DNA of 64,000 bases from Bacillota bacterium (GCA_029558315.1 JAKQFQ010000359.1:15789-79788); one strand, 5' to 3'; shown: positions 1-9,857, counted from the first letter of the stretch. Notes: generated by a model not told the origin, from the letters alone. Made by a program: numbers and translations.

Positions 1-41
1 TCGTGGGAAAAGTATTTAATGTTACGTGGAAAGAGTGAGAA

Positions 42-1109
42 ATGAAAGACAGAATTTATGTATGTCATACCTTTTATCATGTTTATATCAGTTTTTTAAA
101 GGAATTGGCATTGCCCGGAGAAGAACAGGGAAAAGCAACCCTGTGTCTTAGTAAAATGTCCAATGATTTTGGGGATTTAAAAGAGCGGCTGCTTTCCTTA
201 CACTATTTTGAGGATGTATTGGAATTTGATGAGAAACGGGAGGATTTTTTCCCGGAGCTTGCAAAATATAAGATTGACCGTGGAAATATTCTCATTAATA
301 TGTTTTACCGGATTCGATTCACCAGAGAGTTTGCGAAATTACAGGCACCTTTTGTCCCGGTGGACTTTAAACAGTATCGCAATATTTATGTTTTCTGTGA
401 TTCTGATCCCATAGGTCTTTATCTGAATATGAATCATATCTATTATCATGCACTTGAGGATGGATTGGATTGCTTGAAAACGCTGGATGGCGCAAGGGTT
501 ACCAACCGCGGACATTTTGCAATGAAAGCGCGTATGGCTGCATGGAACCTGATTTTTATTGAAAACGGATACAGTAAATACTGCATTGATATGGAGATCA
601 ACAATCGCTCTGTTCTAAAGTATGATTTTTGGAAGTATATCGAAGTACCCAGAGAAGCGTTATATCAAAGGCTGACCAGAGAGGATCGGGAGCTGCTGTT
701 ACGAGCCTTTGTTGCAAACAAGAAACAGATAGAAGATTGCATTGCCAAATCCAAAGAAACACAAAACCCGATTCTGATATTGTCAGATCCTCTGTGTGAT
801 CTCGATACCAGGAGACAGATTATGAAGGATTTGATTGCAGAATATGGCAATGGTGGTATTGTATTTATAAAGCCGCATCCGAGGGATCATCTGGATTATG
901 CCAAAGAATTCCCGGAATGCCCACAGTTTGCGCCATCTGTACCGATGGAACTATTGAATTTTTTTGAAGGAATTCATTTTGACAAAGTAATCTCTGTATT
1001 TACAGAGCTTTCGGCAATTAAGTTTGCTGATGAAAAGATCCGGCTGGAAAGTGATTTTATGGATCGATATGAGAGCCCTGAGATTCACAGGCATAATGAC
1101 AAGATATAG
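42..1109 (+). CDS. GT52-like sialyltransferase-motif glycosyltransferase (candidate nonulosonic-acid / pseudaminic-acid transferase)
   Basis: 355-aa ORF. It carries the two short motifs shared by bacterial sialyltransferases: E-D-G (aa 139-141, nt 456-464) and H-P within FIKPHPRD (aa 279-280, nt 876-881). An ILILSDP stretch lies between them, as I recall for Neisseria Lst. It sits in the same operon region as a complete pse pathway. Confidence 0.5.
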   Translation: MKDRIYVCHTFYHVYISFLKELALPGEEQGKATLCLSKMSNDFGDLKERLLSLHYFEDVLEFDEKREDFFPELAKYKIDRGNILINMFYRIRFTREFAKLQAPFVPVDFKQYRNIYVFCDSDPIGLYLNMNHIYYHALEDGLDCLKTLDGARVTNRGHFAMKARMAAWNLIFIENGYSKYCIDMEINNRSVLKYDFWKYIEVPREALYQRLTREDRELLLRAFVANKKQIEDCIAKSKETQNPILILSDPLCDLDTRRQIMKDLIAEYGNGGIVFIKPHPRDHLDYAKEFPECPQFAPSVPMELLNFFEGIHFDKVISVFTELSAIKFADEKIRLESDFMDRYESPEIHRHNDKI

Positions 1110-1135
1110 AGCTAAGAAGCAGATGAAGGAGTAGT

Positions 1136-2881
1136 ATGGGAAAGATAATTAAGAAGATGAATCTCCTGCTGGATGGCAAGCAGAAGAGATTTATGATCGT
1201 GTTGGTATTGATGATGCTGATTGGTGCAATTCTGGAGACCGCAAGTATCTCTATTATTCTTCCGGTTGTTGGTATCGTGATGGATCCGGAGGCAGTTACC
1301 AACAACAGCATTGTTGCAGCGGTCTATAACTTCCTTGGGATGCATTCAGTGAGAAGCTTTACGATACTGATTATGCTTTCTATGGTTGGAGCATTTGTAT
1401 TAAAGAATGCATTTCTGTTTGTTCAGCAGAAGGTGCTCTATAATTTTGTATATACGAACCAGTTTAGAACCTCTGAACGAATGATGAAGAATTATATGCG
1501 TCGTGATTATGAGTTTTACCTAAATGCTGACACGGCTGTCATTCAGAGAAGTATTACCTCTGATGTGAACAACATGTATGGTCTGATTTTGTCACTTCTG
1601 CAAATCATTTCGGAGGTGATTGTATTCATCTGTCTGGTTGCTGTGCTTCTGATTGCAGATTTTTGGATGACTGTAATGATTTCCATCTTACTGATTGTTA
1701 CGCTCTGGATTATTAAGAAAATACTGAAGCCGGTGATGCGTAAAGCAGGTGAGGATAATCAGAATTTTTACAGTGGTCTCTTCAAATGGATTAGCCAGAC
1801 TGTAACCGGAATCAAGGAAGTAAAAATCGGTGGAAGAGAATCCTATTTTGTGGATGAATATATCAAATGTGGCAAGGGTTATGTCGATGCGGTGCAAAAG
1901 TACACCTTATATAATAATGTCCCGAGACTTTTGATTGAAACAGTAAGTGTTGCCGGGATGATTCTATATTTGCTTTACCTGATCCTTGCAGGAGAAGATA
2001 CCGGAGAAATGCTGGCAATTGTATCTGCATTTGGCGTGGCAGTAGTACGACTGATGCCATGTGCCAATCGAATTAATAATCAGATCAATAACATTGCATT
2101 TTTTGAACCGTTTTTCATGGGCGTGTCAGATAATCTGCAGGATGAAATCAACGGTGACAAAGTAGATCTTACGGATCTGTTACCGGAGAAAGAGAAGCTT
2201 CCTGTACACAGGGAGATTACTCTGACAGATATTTCCTACAAGTATCCCAATACAGAGAAAATGATTTTTGATAAAGCAACCCTGAAAATCCCGGTTGGCA
2301 GCAGTGTAGGTATTGTTGGAACCTCGGGTGCCGGTAAATCTACGATTGTAGATGTCCTTTTGGGGCTGTTACGGATAGAAGAAGGATCGATCTGTGCAGA
2401 TGGAGTAGATGTCCTTGAACCGAAAAATTACAGAAAGTGGCTCAAGAATGTGGGCTATATTCCACAGACAATCTTTATGCTTGATGATACGATTCGTAAG
2501 AATGTTGCATTTGGTATTCCGGAAGATGAGATTTCTGAAGAAAGACTATGGGAAGTATTAAAAGAGGCACAACTGGATGAATTTATCAAAGGACTGCCAA
2601 AAGGCCTGGAAACCGGTATTGGAGAGCGCGGTATTCGACTATCCGGTGGACAGCGGCAGAGAATCGGTATTGCAAGAGCGCTGTATGAGAATCCGGAAGT
2701 GTTGATTTTAGATGAAGCTACCAGTGCGTTGGATAATGATACCGAAGCAGCAATTATGGATTCGATCAATCTGCTTCATGGTCAGAAGACATTGATTATT
2801 ATTGCACACCGCTTGCAGACAATTGAGAAATGTGATGAGGTATACCGTGTAGAAGAGGGTAAAATCAGGAGGGAGAGATAA
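1136..2881 (+). CDS. ABC transporter, fused permease/ATPase half-transporter (PglK/MsbA-like), copy 1
   Basis: GAAGGAG RBS. The N-terminal half is hydrophobic. The C-terminal NBD has Walker A GTSGAGKST, signature LSGGQRQR and Walker B LILDEATSALD. The N-terminus (KQKR...LETASISIILP) resembles the PglK-type start. Confidence 0.85.
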   Translation: MGKIIKKMNLLLDGKQKRFMIVLVLMMLIGAILETASISIILPVVGIVMDPEAVTNNSIVAAVYNFLGMHSVRSFTILIMLSMVGAFVLKNAFLFVQQKVLYNFVYTNQFRTSERMMKNYMRRDYEFYLNADTAVIQRSITSDVNNMYGLILSLLQIISEVIVFICLVAVLLIADFWMTVMISILLIVTLWIIKKILKPVMRKAGEDNQNFYSGLFKWISQTVTGIKEVKIGGRESYFVDEYIKCGKGYVDAVQKYTLYNNVPRLLIETVSVAGMILYLLYLILAGEDTGEMLAIVSAFGVAVVRLMPCANRINNQINNIAFFEPFFMGVSDNLQDEINGDKVDLTDLLPEKEKLPVHREITLTDISYKYPNTEKMIFDKATLKIPVGSSVGIVGTSGAGKSTIVDVLLGLLRIEEGSICADGVDVLEPKNYRKWLKNVGYIPQTIFMLDDTIRKNVAFGIPEDEISEERLWEVLKEAQLDEFIKGLPKGLETGIGERGIRLSGGQRQRIGIARALYENPEVLILDEATSALDNDTEAAIMDSINLLHGQKTLIIIAHRLQTIEKCDEVYRVEEGKIRRER

Positions 2882-2887
2882 TCTGTA

Positions 2888-4282
2888 ATGCTGTTTCCAA
2901 GTATTATTTTCCTGTTTTGCTTCCTGCCGGTGATGCTGGTTCTGTATTACGGTCTGTGCAGGAAGAGTATGCAGTTAAAAAATCTTGTATTGTTTATCGG
3001 AAGTATTGCTTTCTATGCCTATGGTGAAGGCTTTGGAACATTACTTCTGCTGACTTCTATTGTGATGAACTGGGGAGCAGGGATGCTGTTGGAACGTTAC
3101 CAGAGGGAGCCCAAACGGGCGAAGACAGTGATGATTCTGGCAGTGATACTCAATCTGTCGCTTCTGTTCTTCTATAAATATCTTGATTTTGTAATCGCAT
3201 CACTCAATCGATTTGGACACTTCAATCTCCAGCAGACTAAAGTTTCGCTTCCAATCGGAATCTCCTTCTTTACCTTTCAGGCTGTTTCTTATGTGGTGGA
3301 TGTCTATCGAAAAAAGGCGCAGGCACAGAAAAACCCGGTGCTGGTTGGTCTTTATATTGCGCTGTTTCCACAATTGATTGCCGGACCTATCGTTCGATAT
3401 GATTCCATTGCACTTCAGATGAAGGAACGCAGGGAAACGCTTGATCAATTCGGACAGGGAGTCATAAGACTGATTACCGGTATTGGCAAGAAGATATTAC
3501 TTGCAGATTCGATGGCGCTCTTTGCTGACCGTATTTTTCAGACACAGGGTGCAGGAACAGCGTTAAGTGTTTCTTATGCATGGCTGGGAGCAATCGCATA
3601 TACGCTGCAGATTTATTATGATTTTTCCGGATATTCTGATATGGCGATTGGGCTTGGAAAAATGTTTGGGTTTACTTTTGAAGAAAACTTTAACTATCCT
3701 TATATTTCGCGCAGTGTGACGGAATTCTGGAGAAGATGGCATATTTCCTTAAGTACCTGGTTTCGTGATTATGTCTATATACCACTTGGAGGAAATCGCA
3801 AATCAAAGAAGAGAACCTATCTGAATCTATTCCTGGTCTGGCTGTTAACCGGAATCTGGCATGGTGCAGGCTTTACCTTTCTCCTATGGGGAATGCTGTA
3901 TTTTGTTATCCTGATATTTGAAAAATCAATTGGTCTTGGAAAAAAATGGAGCCTTCCTCCAGTGATTGCCAATATTTATACGATGGTTGTTGTGATTGTC
4001 GGATGGACGATTTTTAAATCAGGCTCCTTAACGCAGGCACTTTCCTATATGTGCAATATGATAGGAATTCATGCTAATGGACTGGTGGACCAGACGACCT
4101 TATTCTATCTGAGGGATAACTGGATGATCTTTGTGGCAGCGCTGGTATTGGTGACGCCGGTTGGAAAATATCTGGAGCAAAAACGAGTGCTCTATCAGCT
4201 TGGACTTGCTCTGGTTATGATCATTTCGCTGATTTATATTATTAAGGGGAATTACAGCCCGTTTATTTATTTTAGTTTTTAG
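2888..4282 (+). CDS. MBOAT-family membrane O-acyltransferase (AlgI/DltB-like)
   Basis: Polytopic 464-aa ORF with the AlgI-type block FWRRWHISLSTWFRDYVYIPLGGNR and the histidine block LLTGIWHGAG. Confidence 0.85.
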   Translation: MLFPSIIFLFCFLPVMLVLYYGLCRKSMQLKNLVLFIGSIAFYAYGEGFGTLLLLTSIVMNWGAGMLLERYQREPKRAKTVMILAVILNLSLLFFYKYLDFVIASLNRFGHFNLQQTKVSLPIGISFFTFQAVSYVVDVYRKKAQAQKNPVLVGLYIALFPQLIAGPIVRYDSIALQMKERRETLDQFGQGVIRLITGIGKKILLADSMALFADRIFQTQGAGTALSVSYAWLGAIAYTLQIYYDFSGYSDMAIGLGKMFGFTFEENFNYPYISRSVTEFWRRWHISLSTWFRDYVYIPLGGNRKSKKRTYLNLFLVWLLTGIWHGAGFTFLLWGMLYFVILIFEKSIGLGKKWSLPPVIANIYTMVVVIVGWTIFKSGSLTQALSYMCNMIGIHANGLVDQTTLFYLRDNWMIFVAALVLVTPVGKYLEQKRVLYQLGLALVMIISLIYIIKGNYSPFIYFSF

Positions 4283-4294
4283 AAAGTAGGTCAA

Positions 4295-5440
4295 ATGAAA
4301 GAAGAGAATCATAATCATAATTCAAATAGAGGAATTCTGTTTTTCTTCCTGATCACGATGACAATCCTTACGTTGGTTAATTGCTTCGAATTACTGACAA
4401 GAAGCGATGCAGAAGGAAGGTATGAGGGACTGGATCATCTGGATACTTTAGAGGATGATGCGATAGAAATGTGGGGAGCAATCCAGTATTGGATGGGAAA
4501 ACAGATTGCGTTTGGAACAACGACATATGAGGATGTCACACTTCTATCCAATGGATACGCGACGATGACTGATTCTAATTCGGATTATCATGCAGCAATC
4601 CTTGGGGCAGAGCAGGCATCTGCACTTGCAGCAGATCTTGGTGCAGCTTTCTTATATGTACAGGCACCGGGCAAACAACGTTATGCGGATGAACTCCCAC
4701 AAGGAGTGATGTGTTATTCGGTCCAAAAGAGTGAACTGGTGGTTGAGATTCTGCAACAGAAGCAAATTCCGGTAATCGATATGCGATCAGTGTTAGAGGC
4801 AACAGGAGAAGACTGGTGGAATTATTTTTACCGCTCCGACCATCATTGGAATAACCAGGCGGCATTTATTGCTTATCAGCAGATCTGTGAATATTTGCAA
4901 TCCTGTGGGATGCAGATGAATGGTAGCTATCTTCAACCAGAGGCATATGAAAGAAATGTGTATCAGGATGTTTTCCTTGGAACACACGGCAGAATGGCAG
5001 GTAGATATTATACAGGACTGGATGATTATGAACTCTGGCTGCCGACATTTGATACGCAATTTGATCTGACGGTTGCATCTCAGGGAATCCATTTGCGGGG
5101 CGATTTTGAAGAGTGTTTCGTTCATTATGAAAACCTGGACCATTATAGTTTTGATTATTATGCCTATTATGCTTATCTGAAGGAAGATTATGACTGCTTT
5201 GAAATTGTTAATGAGAGCAACACATCGGGACCACATGTTGTCATAATCAGAGATTCTGAGGCAGTCCCGGTATCCGTGTTCCTGGCATGCCAGTGTTCTG
5301 AACTGGATATCATTGATCTTCGGTATTGTGGAGATATGGAAGTGTCCGCTTATATTAGAGAACAGCAACCGGATGCAATAATCTATCTGTTTGGTCCGGG
5401 ATATCTGGCCAGTGAGAATGCGATGGTCATTCCAAGATAA
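4295..5440 (+). CDS. DHHW-motif protein (AlgJ/AlgX-like SGNH-type partner of MBOAT), membrane-anchored
   Basis: N-terminal hydrophobic anchor (GILFFFLITMTILTLV) and the diagnostic YRSDHHWN motif (DHHW at nt 4838-4849). It lies immediately downstream of the MBOAT gene. Confidence 0.75.
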   Translation: MKEENHNHNSNRGILFFFLITMTILTLVNCFELLTRSDAEGRYEGLDHLDTLEDDAIEMWGAIQYWMGKQIAFGTTTYEDVTLLSNGYATMTDSNSDYHAAILGAEQASALAADLGAAFLYVQAPGKQRYADELPQGVMCYSVQKSELVVEILQQKQIPVIDMRSVLEATGEDWWNYFYRSDHHWNNQAAFIAYQQICEYLQSCGMQMNGSYLQPEAYERNVYQDVFLGTHGRMAGRYYTGLDDYELWLPTFDTQFDLTVASQGIHLRGDFEECFVHYENLDHYSFDYYAYYAYLKEDYDCFEIVNESNTSGPHVVIIRDSEAVPVSVFLACQCSELDIIDLRYCGDMEVSAYIREQQPDAIIYLFGPGYLASENAMVIPR

Positions 5441-5462
5441 GAAATACAGATTGTGGTGTTTG

Positions 5463-5491
5463 TTGAAAGAAAGTGGCGTGTGTGTTATAAT
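5463..5491 (+). promoter_or_regulatory. Sigma-A-type promoter upstream of pseB
   Basis: TTGAAA (5463-5468), a 17-nt spacer ending in TGT (extended -10), then TATAAT (5486-5491). It sits in the 110-bp gap before pseB, one of only a few gaps longer than 80 bp in the window. Confidence 0.65.
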
Positions 5492-5550
5492 CTTTTTGTT
5501 TTTGCAGAACAATAGAGAATCGATTGAGATAGATAAGAGAGGTAAGAAAA

Positions 5551-6546
5551 ATGTTAAATGACAAGACAATACTAATCACAGGTGGAACCGGATCTTTTGG
5601 AAAATGTTTCACAAAATATGTTTTGACGCATTATAATCCCAAGAAAATAATTATTTATTCCAGAGATGAGTTTAAACAGTTCATTATGCAAAATGAATTC
5701 AGGGAGTATCAGGATAAGCTTCGTTTCTTTATTGGAGATGTCAGAGATTTAGAACGTTTGAAGCGTGCCTTAAATGGGGTAGACTATATTATTCATGCCG
5801 CAGCATTAAAACAGGTTCCGGCGTGTGAATACAATCCAAATGAGGCAATCAAGACCAATATTCATGGAGCTATGAATGTAATTGAAGCAGCACTGGACTG
5901 CGATGTTAAGAAGGTGGTAGCACTTTCTACTGACAAGGCGGTGAATCCGGTAAATCTTTATGGAGGCACAAAGCTCGTATCAGATAAGCTGTTTGTTGCG
6001 GCCAACGCATATGCCGGCGCAAGTGATTTGAATTTTTCTATCGTACGCTATGGAAATGTTGCCGGTAGCCGTGGATCGGTAATCCCGTTTTTCCAGAATA
6101 TCATTAATAAGGGCGATAAGGAATTGCCAATTACGGATTACAGGATGACCCGTTTCTGGATTTCTTTAACCCAGGGCGTTGAATTAGTGATCAAAGCACT
6201 TGAAGAAGCCAAAGGTGGAGAGACATTTATCAGTAAGATTCCATCCTTTAAGATTACAGATCTTGCACAGGCCATGTTACCCGGATGTGAAATGCCGGAG
6301 GTAGGTATTCGTGAGGGCGAAAAACTCCATGAAATCATGGTTACAGTGGAAGATTCCATGACAACGTATGAATATGATAAACATTTTATCGTTTATCCAC
6401 AGATGGTATGGAGTGAGAAGAAGATGCCGGTACCAACAGGCAAGAAAGTGCCGGAAGGATTCTCTTATAGTTCCGGTAATAACACCGAATGGCTTAGCGT
6501 TGAACAGATTAAGGAACTTTTAGAGGATATCGATTTGGAGAAATAA
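5551..6546 (+). CDS. pseB: UDP-N-acetylglucosamine 4,6-dehydratase (inverting), PseB/FlaA1 type
   Basis: Near-collinear match by eye to Campylobacter PseB: ILITGGTGSFGK, IIIYSRDE, FIGDVRD, ALSTDKAVNPVNLYGGTKL, RYGNVAGSRGSVIPFF, ELPITDYRMTRFWISL, GEKLHEIM. Confidence 0.9.
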   Translation: MLNDKTILITGGTGSFGKCFTKYVLTHYNPKKIIIYSRDEFKQFIMQNEFREYQDKLRFFIGDVRDLERLKRALNGVDYIIHAAALKQVPACEYNPNEAIKTNIHGAMNVIEAALDCDVKKVVALSTDKAVNPVNLYGGTKLVSDKLFVAANAYAGASDLNFSIVRYGNVAGSRGSVIPFFQNIINKGDKELPITDYRMTRFWISLTQGVELVIKALEEAKGGETFISKIPSFKITDLAQAMLPGCEMPEVGIREGEKLHEIMVTVEDSMTTYEYDKHFIVYPQMVWSEKKMPVPTGKKVPEGFSYSSGNNTEWLSVEQIKELLEDIDLEK

Positions 6547-6551
6547 TCAGG

Positions 6552-7601
6552 ATGAAAAAGGCAATTACGATCAAGAACAGAATGATTGGAGAAGGGCAGG
6601 CAGCCTATGTGATTGCTGAGATGTCAGCCAATCACGCAGGAGATATGAATCGAGCTTTGGAGATCATTCATGCAGCCAAGGAGTGTGGAGCTGATTGTGT
6701 GAAGATTCAGACCTATACACCGGACACGATTACAATGGATTGCCATAATGAATACTTCACATTACAAAGCGGAACCTGGAAGGGAGAAAATCTCTACCAG
6801 CTATACGGCAAGGCATATACCCCATGGGAGTGGCAACCTCGTTTGAAAGAGGAAGCGGATAAGATTGGAATTGATTTTTTCTCCACTCCATTTGATCGTA
6901 CTGCTGTTGATTTCCTGGAAGAAATGCAGGTTGAATTCTATAAGATTGCATCCTTTGAAGTGGTGGATATTCCCTTAATTCGTGCTGTTGCAGCAACACA
7001 CAAACCGATAATCATGTCGGTCGGGATGGCTACTGTTTCTGAAATAGAGGAAGCGATTGATGCTGTTAGAAGTATGGGCAACGATCAGCTTGCGCTTTTG
7101 AAATGCTGTAGTGTTTACCCTGCGATTGCAGACAATATGAATCTTCGTACCATTCCGGATATGAAGAATCGATTTGGAGTCCCGGTGGGACTATCCGATC
7201 ATTCCATGGGAGGAATTGCTGCTGTGACTGCAGTAGCTCTTGGAGCAGCAATCATAGAAAAGCACTTTTGTCTTGGGAGAGATATTGAAAATCCGGATTC
7301 TTCATTTTCAATGGAACCGGAAGAATTTGCCCAGATGGTAAAGGAAATCAGACTTGCAGAAAAAGCAATGGGAAATGTGAGCTATGAGTTGTCAAAGGCA
7401 GAAATGGAGAGCAGGAATACAAGAAAATCCATTTTTGCTTCAGCTGATATTCAGGCAGGTGAGAAGCTGACAGCATCCAATATCAGGGTGGTTCGTCCGG
7501 GATATGGTATGGAACCTAAGTATTATGACGAAATTCTTGGAAAGACAGCACGAAATGCAATTCCTTTTGGGACACCAATCAGTTGGGAACAGTTTGAATA
7601 A
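6552..7601 (+). CDS. pseI: Pseudaminic acid synthase (NeuB family)
   Basis: NeuB-family N-terminus (IAEMSANHAGD, DCVKIQTY, FKIASFE, GLSDHS) plus a C-terminal SAF-like domain. It is assigned as PseI rather than NeuB/LegI because PseB/C/G/H/F flank it. Confidence 0.8.
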   Translation: MKKAITIKNRMIGEGQAAYVIAEMSANHAGDMNRALEIIHAAKECGADCVKIQTYTPDTITMDCHNEYFTLQSGTWKGENLYQLYGKAYTPWEWQPRLKEEADKIGIDFFSTPFDRTAVDFLEEMQVEFYKIASFEVVDIPLIRAVAATHKPIIMSVGMATVSEIEEAIDAVRSMGNDQLALLKCCSVYPAIADNMNLRTIPDMKNRFGVPVGLSDHSMGGIAAVTAVALGAAIIEKHFCLGRDIENPDSSFSMEPEEFAQMVKEIRLAEKAMGNVSYELSKAEMESRNTRKSIFASADIQAGEKLTASNIRVVRPGYGMEPKYYDEILGKTARNAIPFGTPISWEQFE

Positions 7602-7613
7602 GGGTGGCAGAGA

Positions 7614-8645
7614 ATGAAACTATATATTCGTACCGAGGCCAATCAGATTACTGCTACAGGGCATGTGATGCGCTGTCTGGCAATGGCTGATGCGGCTTTG
7701 GCTAAAGGCATTGATACGGTATTTATCGCGGCGGAGGAAGCATCCCTTGCTCTGGTACATCAGAGAGGGTATGAGTCTATCTGCCTGTTTCATAAGTGGG
7801 ATAATTTTGATGATGAGATTCCTCTGATGCAGGAACTGATTCATACCAATGCAATTGAAGTGCTTCTGATTGACAGCTATTATGTCAGTGAGAAATATAT
7901 GAAGGCAATGGCAGAATTGACCCAGACAGCATACATTGATGATTTACATGCAAAAATCTGGACATGTCATACGCTGATTAATTATTCGGTATATGCCGAT
8001 TTGTTCGCTTATAAGCAGGAGTACCCGGATACGCAGAGATTACTTGGGTGTCAATATGTACCTCTTCGACATGAATTTGAACACCTGAGACCATTTGAGG
8101 TAAAGGAACAGGTAAGGAAGGTATTGGTTGTAACCGGTGGAACAGACGAGTTTCATTTTATGAAAGAATTTTGTAAAAAAATTGCAGCCGATAACAAATG
8201 GCAGGCAATTCATTTCTTTATGGTTTGTGGCAGATTTAACTGTGATCAGGAGCAATTGCAGGCAATGGCCTCACAGAATAGAAATATTGAGATTTGTGAA
8301 GCATTACCGACATTAAAGGATGCAATGGAAGATTCGGATTTGTTGATCACGGCGGGGGGTACAACCTTATATGAGATGGCTGCAATTGGTATTCCGGGAA
8401 TCTGCTTTGGCATAGCAGATAATCAGAAATATAATATTGCAGGATTTGAAGAAAGGCAGCTGGTTCTAAATGCCGGAGATATCAGAACAGATTTTTTCTT
8501 TGAGAATCTGATGCAAAAGCTGGAGGAGCTGATTTTCGATGCTGCAAGACGCCGTACAATGTCAGGACAATTAAGAAGGCTTGTGGATGGACAGGGTGCC
8601 AGTCGTATTATTGAGGCAATATGTAAGATAGAAGGAAATGAATAG
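7614..8645 (+). CDS. pseG: UDP-2,4-diacetamido-2,4,6-trideoxy-beta-L-altropyranose hydrolase (PseG, MurG/GT28-like fold)
   Basis: N-terminus IRTEANQITATGHVMRCLAMA and C-terminal LITAGGTTLYEMAAIGIP are typical of PseG. Its position inside the pse cluster supports the call. Confidence 0.75.
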   Translation: MKLYIRTEANQITATGHVMRCLAMADAALAKGIDTVFIAAEEASLALVHQRGYESICLFHKWDNFDDEIPLMQELIHTNAIEVLLIDSYYVSEKYMKAMAELTQTAYIDDLHAKIWTCHTLINYSVYADLFAYKQEYPDTQRLLGCQYVPLRHEFEHLRPFEVKEQVRKVLVVTGGTDEFHFMKEFCKKIAADNKWQAIHFFMVCGRFNCDQEQLQAMASQNRNIEICEALPTLKDAMEDSDLLITAGGTTLYEMAAIGIPGICFGIADNQKYNIAGFEERQLVLNAGDIRTDFFFENLMQKLEELIFDAARRRTMSGQLRRLVDGQGASRIIEAICKIEGNE

Positions 8646-8657
8646 GAGATGTTTGTG

Positions 8658-9857
8658 ATGGAGCAGAATCAACCGGCAATTACGGGTGGAAAACCAATCA
8701 GAGAGACCAGATTATTCTATGGTCATCAGTATATCGACGAGGCTGATATTGAGGCTGTTGTAGAGGTGCTAAAGAGCGATTATCTGACTTGCGGACCAAA
8801 GATTACGGCTTTGGAGGAGAGATTATGTGCAATTACGCAGGCGAAACATGCCTGTGTTGTCAGCAACGGAACGGCGGCATTGCATATCGCCGGCCAAGCC
8901 CTTGGAATCGGTAAAGGGGATGAAGTTATTACGACCCCTATTACGTTTGCGGCATCTGCTAATTGCGCACTCTATTGTGGCGCGATTCCGGTGTTTGCAG
9001 ATATTGATGAAAAAACATATAACATTGATGTGAATTGTATAGAGAAATGTATCACAGAGAAGACCAGAGCGGTAGTTGCTGTGGATTATACAGGACAGGC
9101 TGTGAATCTGCAGGCAATCAAGGAGCTTTGCAGGAAACATTCCCTGTATCTGATTGAAGATGCGGCACATGCTATCGGAACCAAATATCAGGGACAACCG
9201 GTGGGCAGTATTGCCGATCTTACGACCTTTTCGTTCCATCCTGTAAAAACTGTAACAGGTGGAGAGGGAGGCGCTGTGCTTACTAATGATGATGAACTGG
9301 CGAAGAAAGTTGCATTGTATCGTTCACATGGAATAACCAGAGAGCCGGAACTGATGGAACAGGAATCCGAGGGTGGATGGTATTACGAGCAGGTTGCACT
9401 TGGCATGAATTATAGAATGACAGACATTCAGGCCGCACTGATTCTAAGTCAGCTGGATAAGCTTGATTCATTTAGTGCAAGAAGAAGTGAGATTGTAAAG
9501 CAGTATAATGAAGCTTTTCTAAAGATAGATGGAGTTATCGTTCAGCAGGAAATCCCGGAATCGGAAACAACGAGACATTTGTACATCTTGAGATTGGACC
9601 CTGAGAAATTGAAATGTACCCGTGCGGAGTTCTTTCTGGCAATGGCGGCAGAAAATATTTGCTGCAATGTCCATTACATCCCTGTATATCGACATCCATA
9701 TTATGTACATCTTGGATATCCTAAGGGATTATGCCCTAATGCAGAAGCACTCTATGAGAACATGATGAGTCTTCCGTTATACTATTCACTGACGAATCAG
9801 GACGTAGAGGATGTAATTGGTGCAGTCAGAAAACTGGTAGCGTATTATCACATTTAA
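8658..9857 (+). CDS. pseC: UDP-4-amino-4,6-dideoxy-N-acetyl-beta-L-altrosamine transaminase (DegT/DnrJ/EryC1 family)
   Basis: YGHQYIDEADIEAVVEVLKSDYLTCGPK and SFHPVKTVTGGEGG (PLP lysine region). The start is moved from 8649 to the ATG at 8658 because AGGAG (8644-8648) abuts 8649 with no spacer. Confidence 0.85.
   Translation: MEQNQPAITGGKPIRETRLFYGHQYIDEADIEAVVEVLKSDYLTCGPKITALEERLCAITQAKHACVVSNGTAALHIAGQALGIGKGDEVITTPITFAASANCALYCGAIPVFADIDEKTYNIDVNCIEKCITEKTRAVVAVDYTGQAVNLQAIKELCRKHSLYLIEDAAHAIGTKYQGQPVGSIADLTTFSFHPVKTVTGGEGGAVLTNDDELAKKVALYRSHGITREPELMEQESEGGWYYEQVALGMNYRMTDIQAALILSQLDKLDSFSARRSEIVKQYNEAFLKIDGVIVQQEIPESETTRHLYILRLDPEKLKCTRAEFFLAMAAENICCNVHYIPVYRHPYYVHLGYPKGLCPNAEALYENMMSLPLYYSLTNQDVEDVIGAVRKLVAYYHI

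Noticed and set aside
1136-2881. ABC half-transporters as bacteriocin/lantibiotic or multidrug exporters
   Set aside because: There is no N-terminal C39 peptidase domain, and no precursor peptide, immunity or modification genes. All three copies are translationally embedded among glycosyltransferase genes.
4793-5569. 258-aa minus-strand ORF antisense to the DHHW gene and the pseB promoter region
   Set aside because: It lies entirely inside, and antisense to, a well-supported + strand gene. The composition is Ile/Leu/Cys-rich and low-complexity, with no RBS or recognisable motif. This is a typical shadow ORF in AT-rich DNA.
8354-8359. G6 tract in pseG as a phase-variation site
   Set aside because: Six residues is too short to argue for slippage, and it encodes the conserved GGT of the nucleotide-binding loop. 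Only the G7 tract at 43180-43186 was kept as a weak candidate.
8823-9239. 138-aa minus-strand ORF (and the 68-aa + strand alternate-frame ORF at 8827-9033) inside pseC
   Set aside because: It overlaps a gene with strong DegT-family motifs and has no motif of its own. It is Arg/Cys-rich, as expected from out-of-frame translation.
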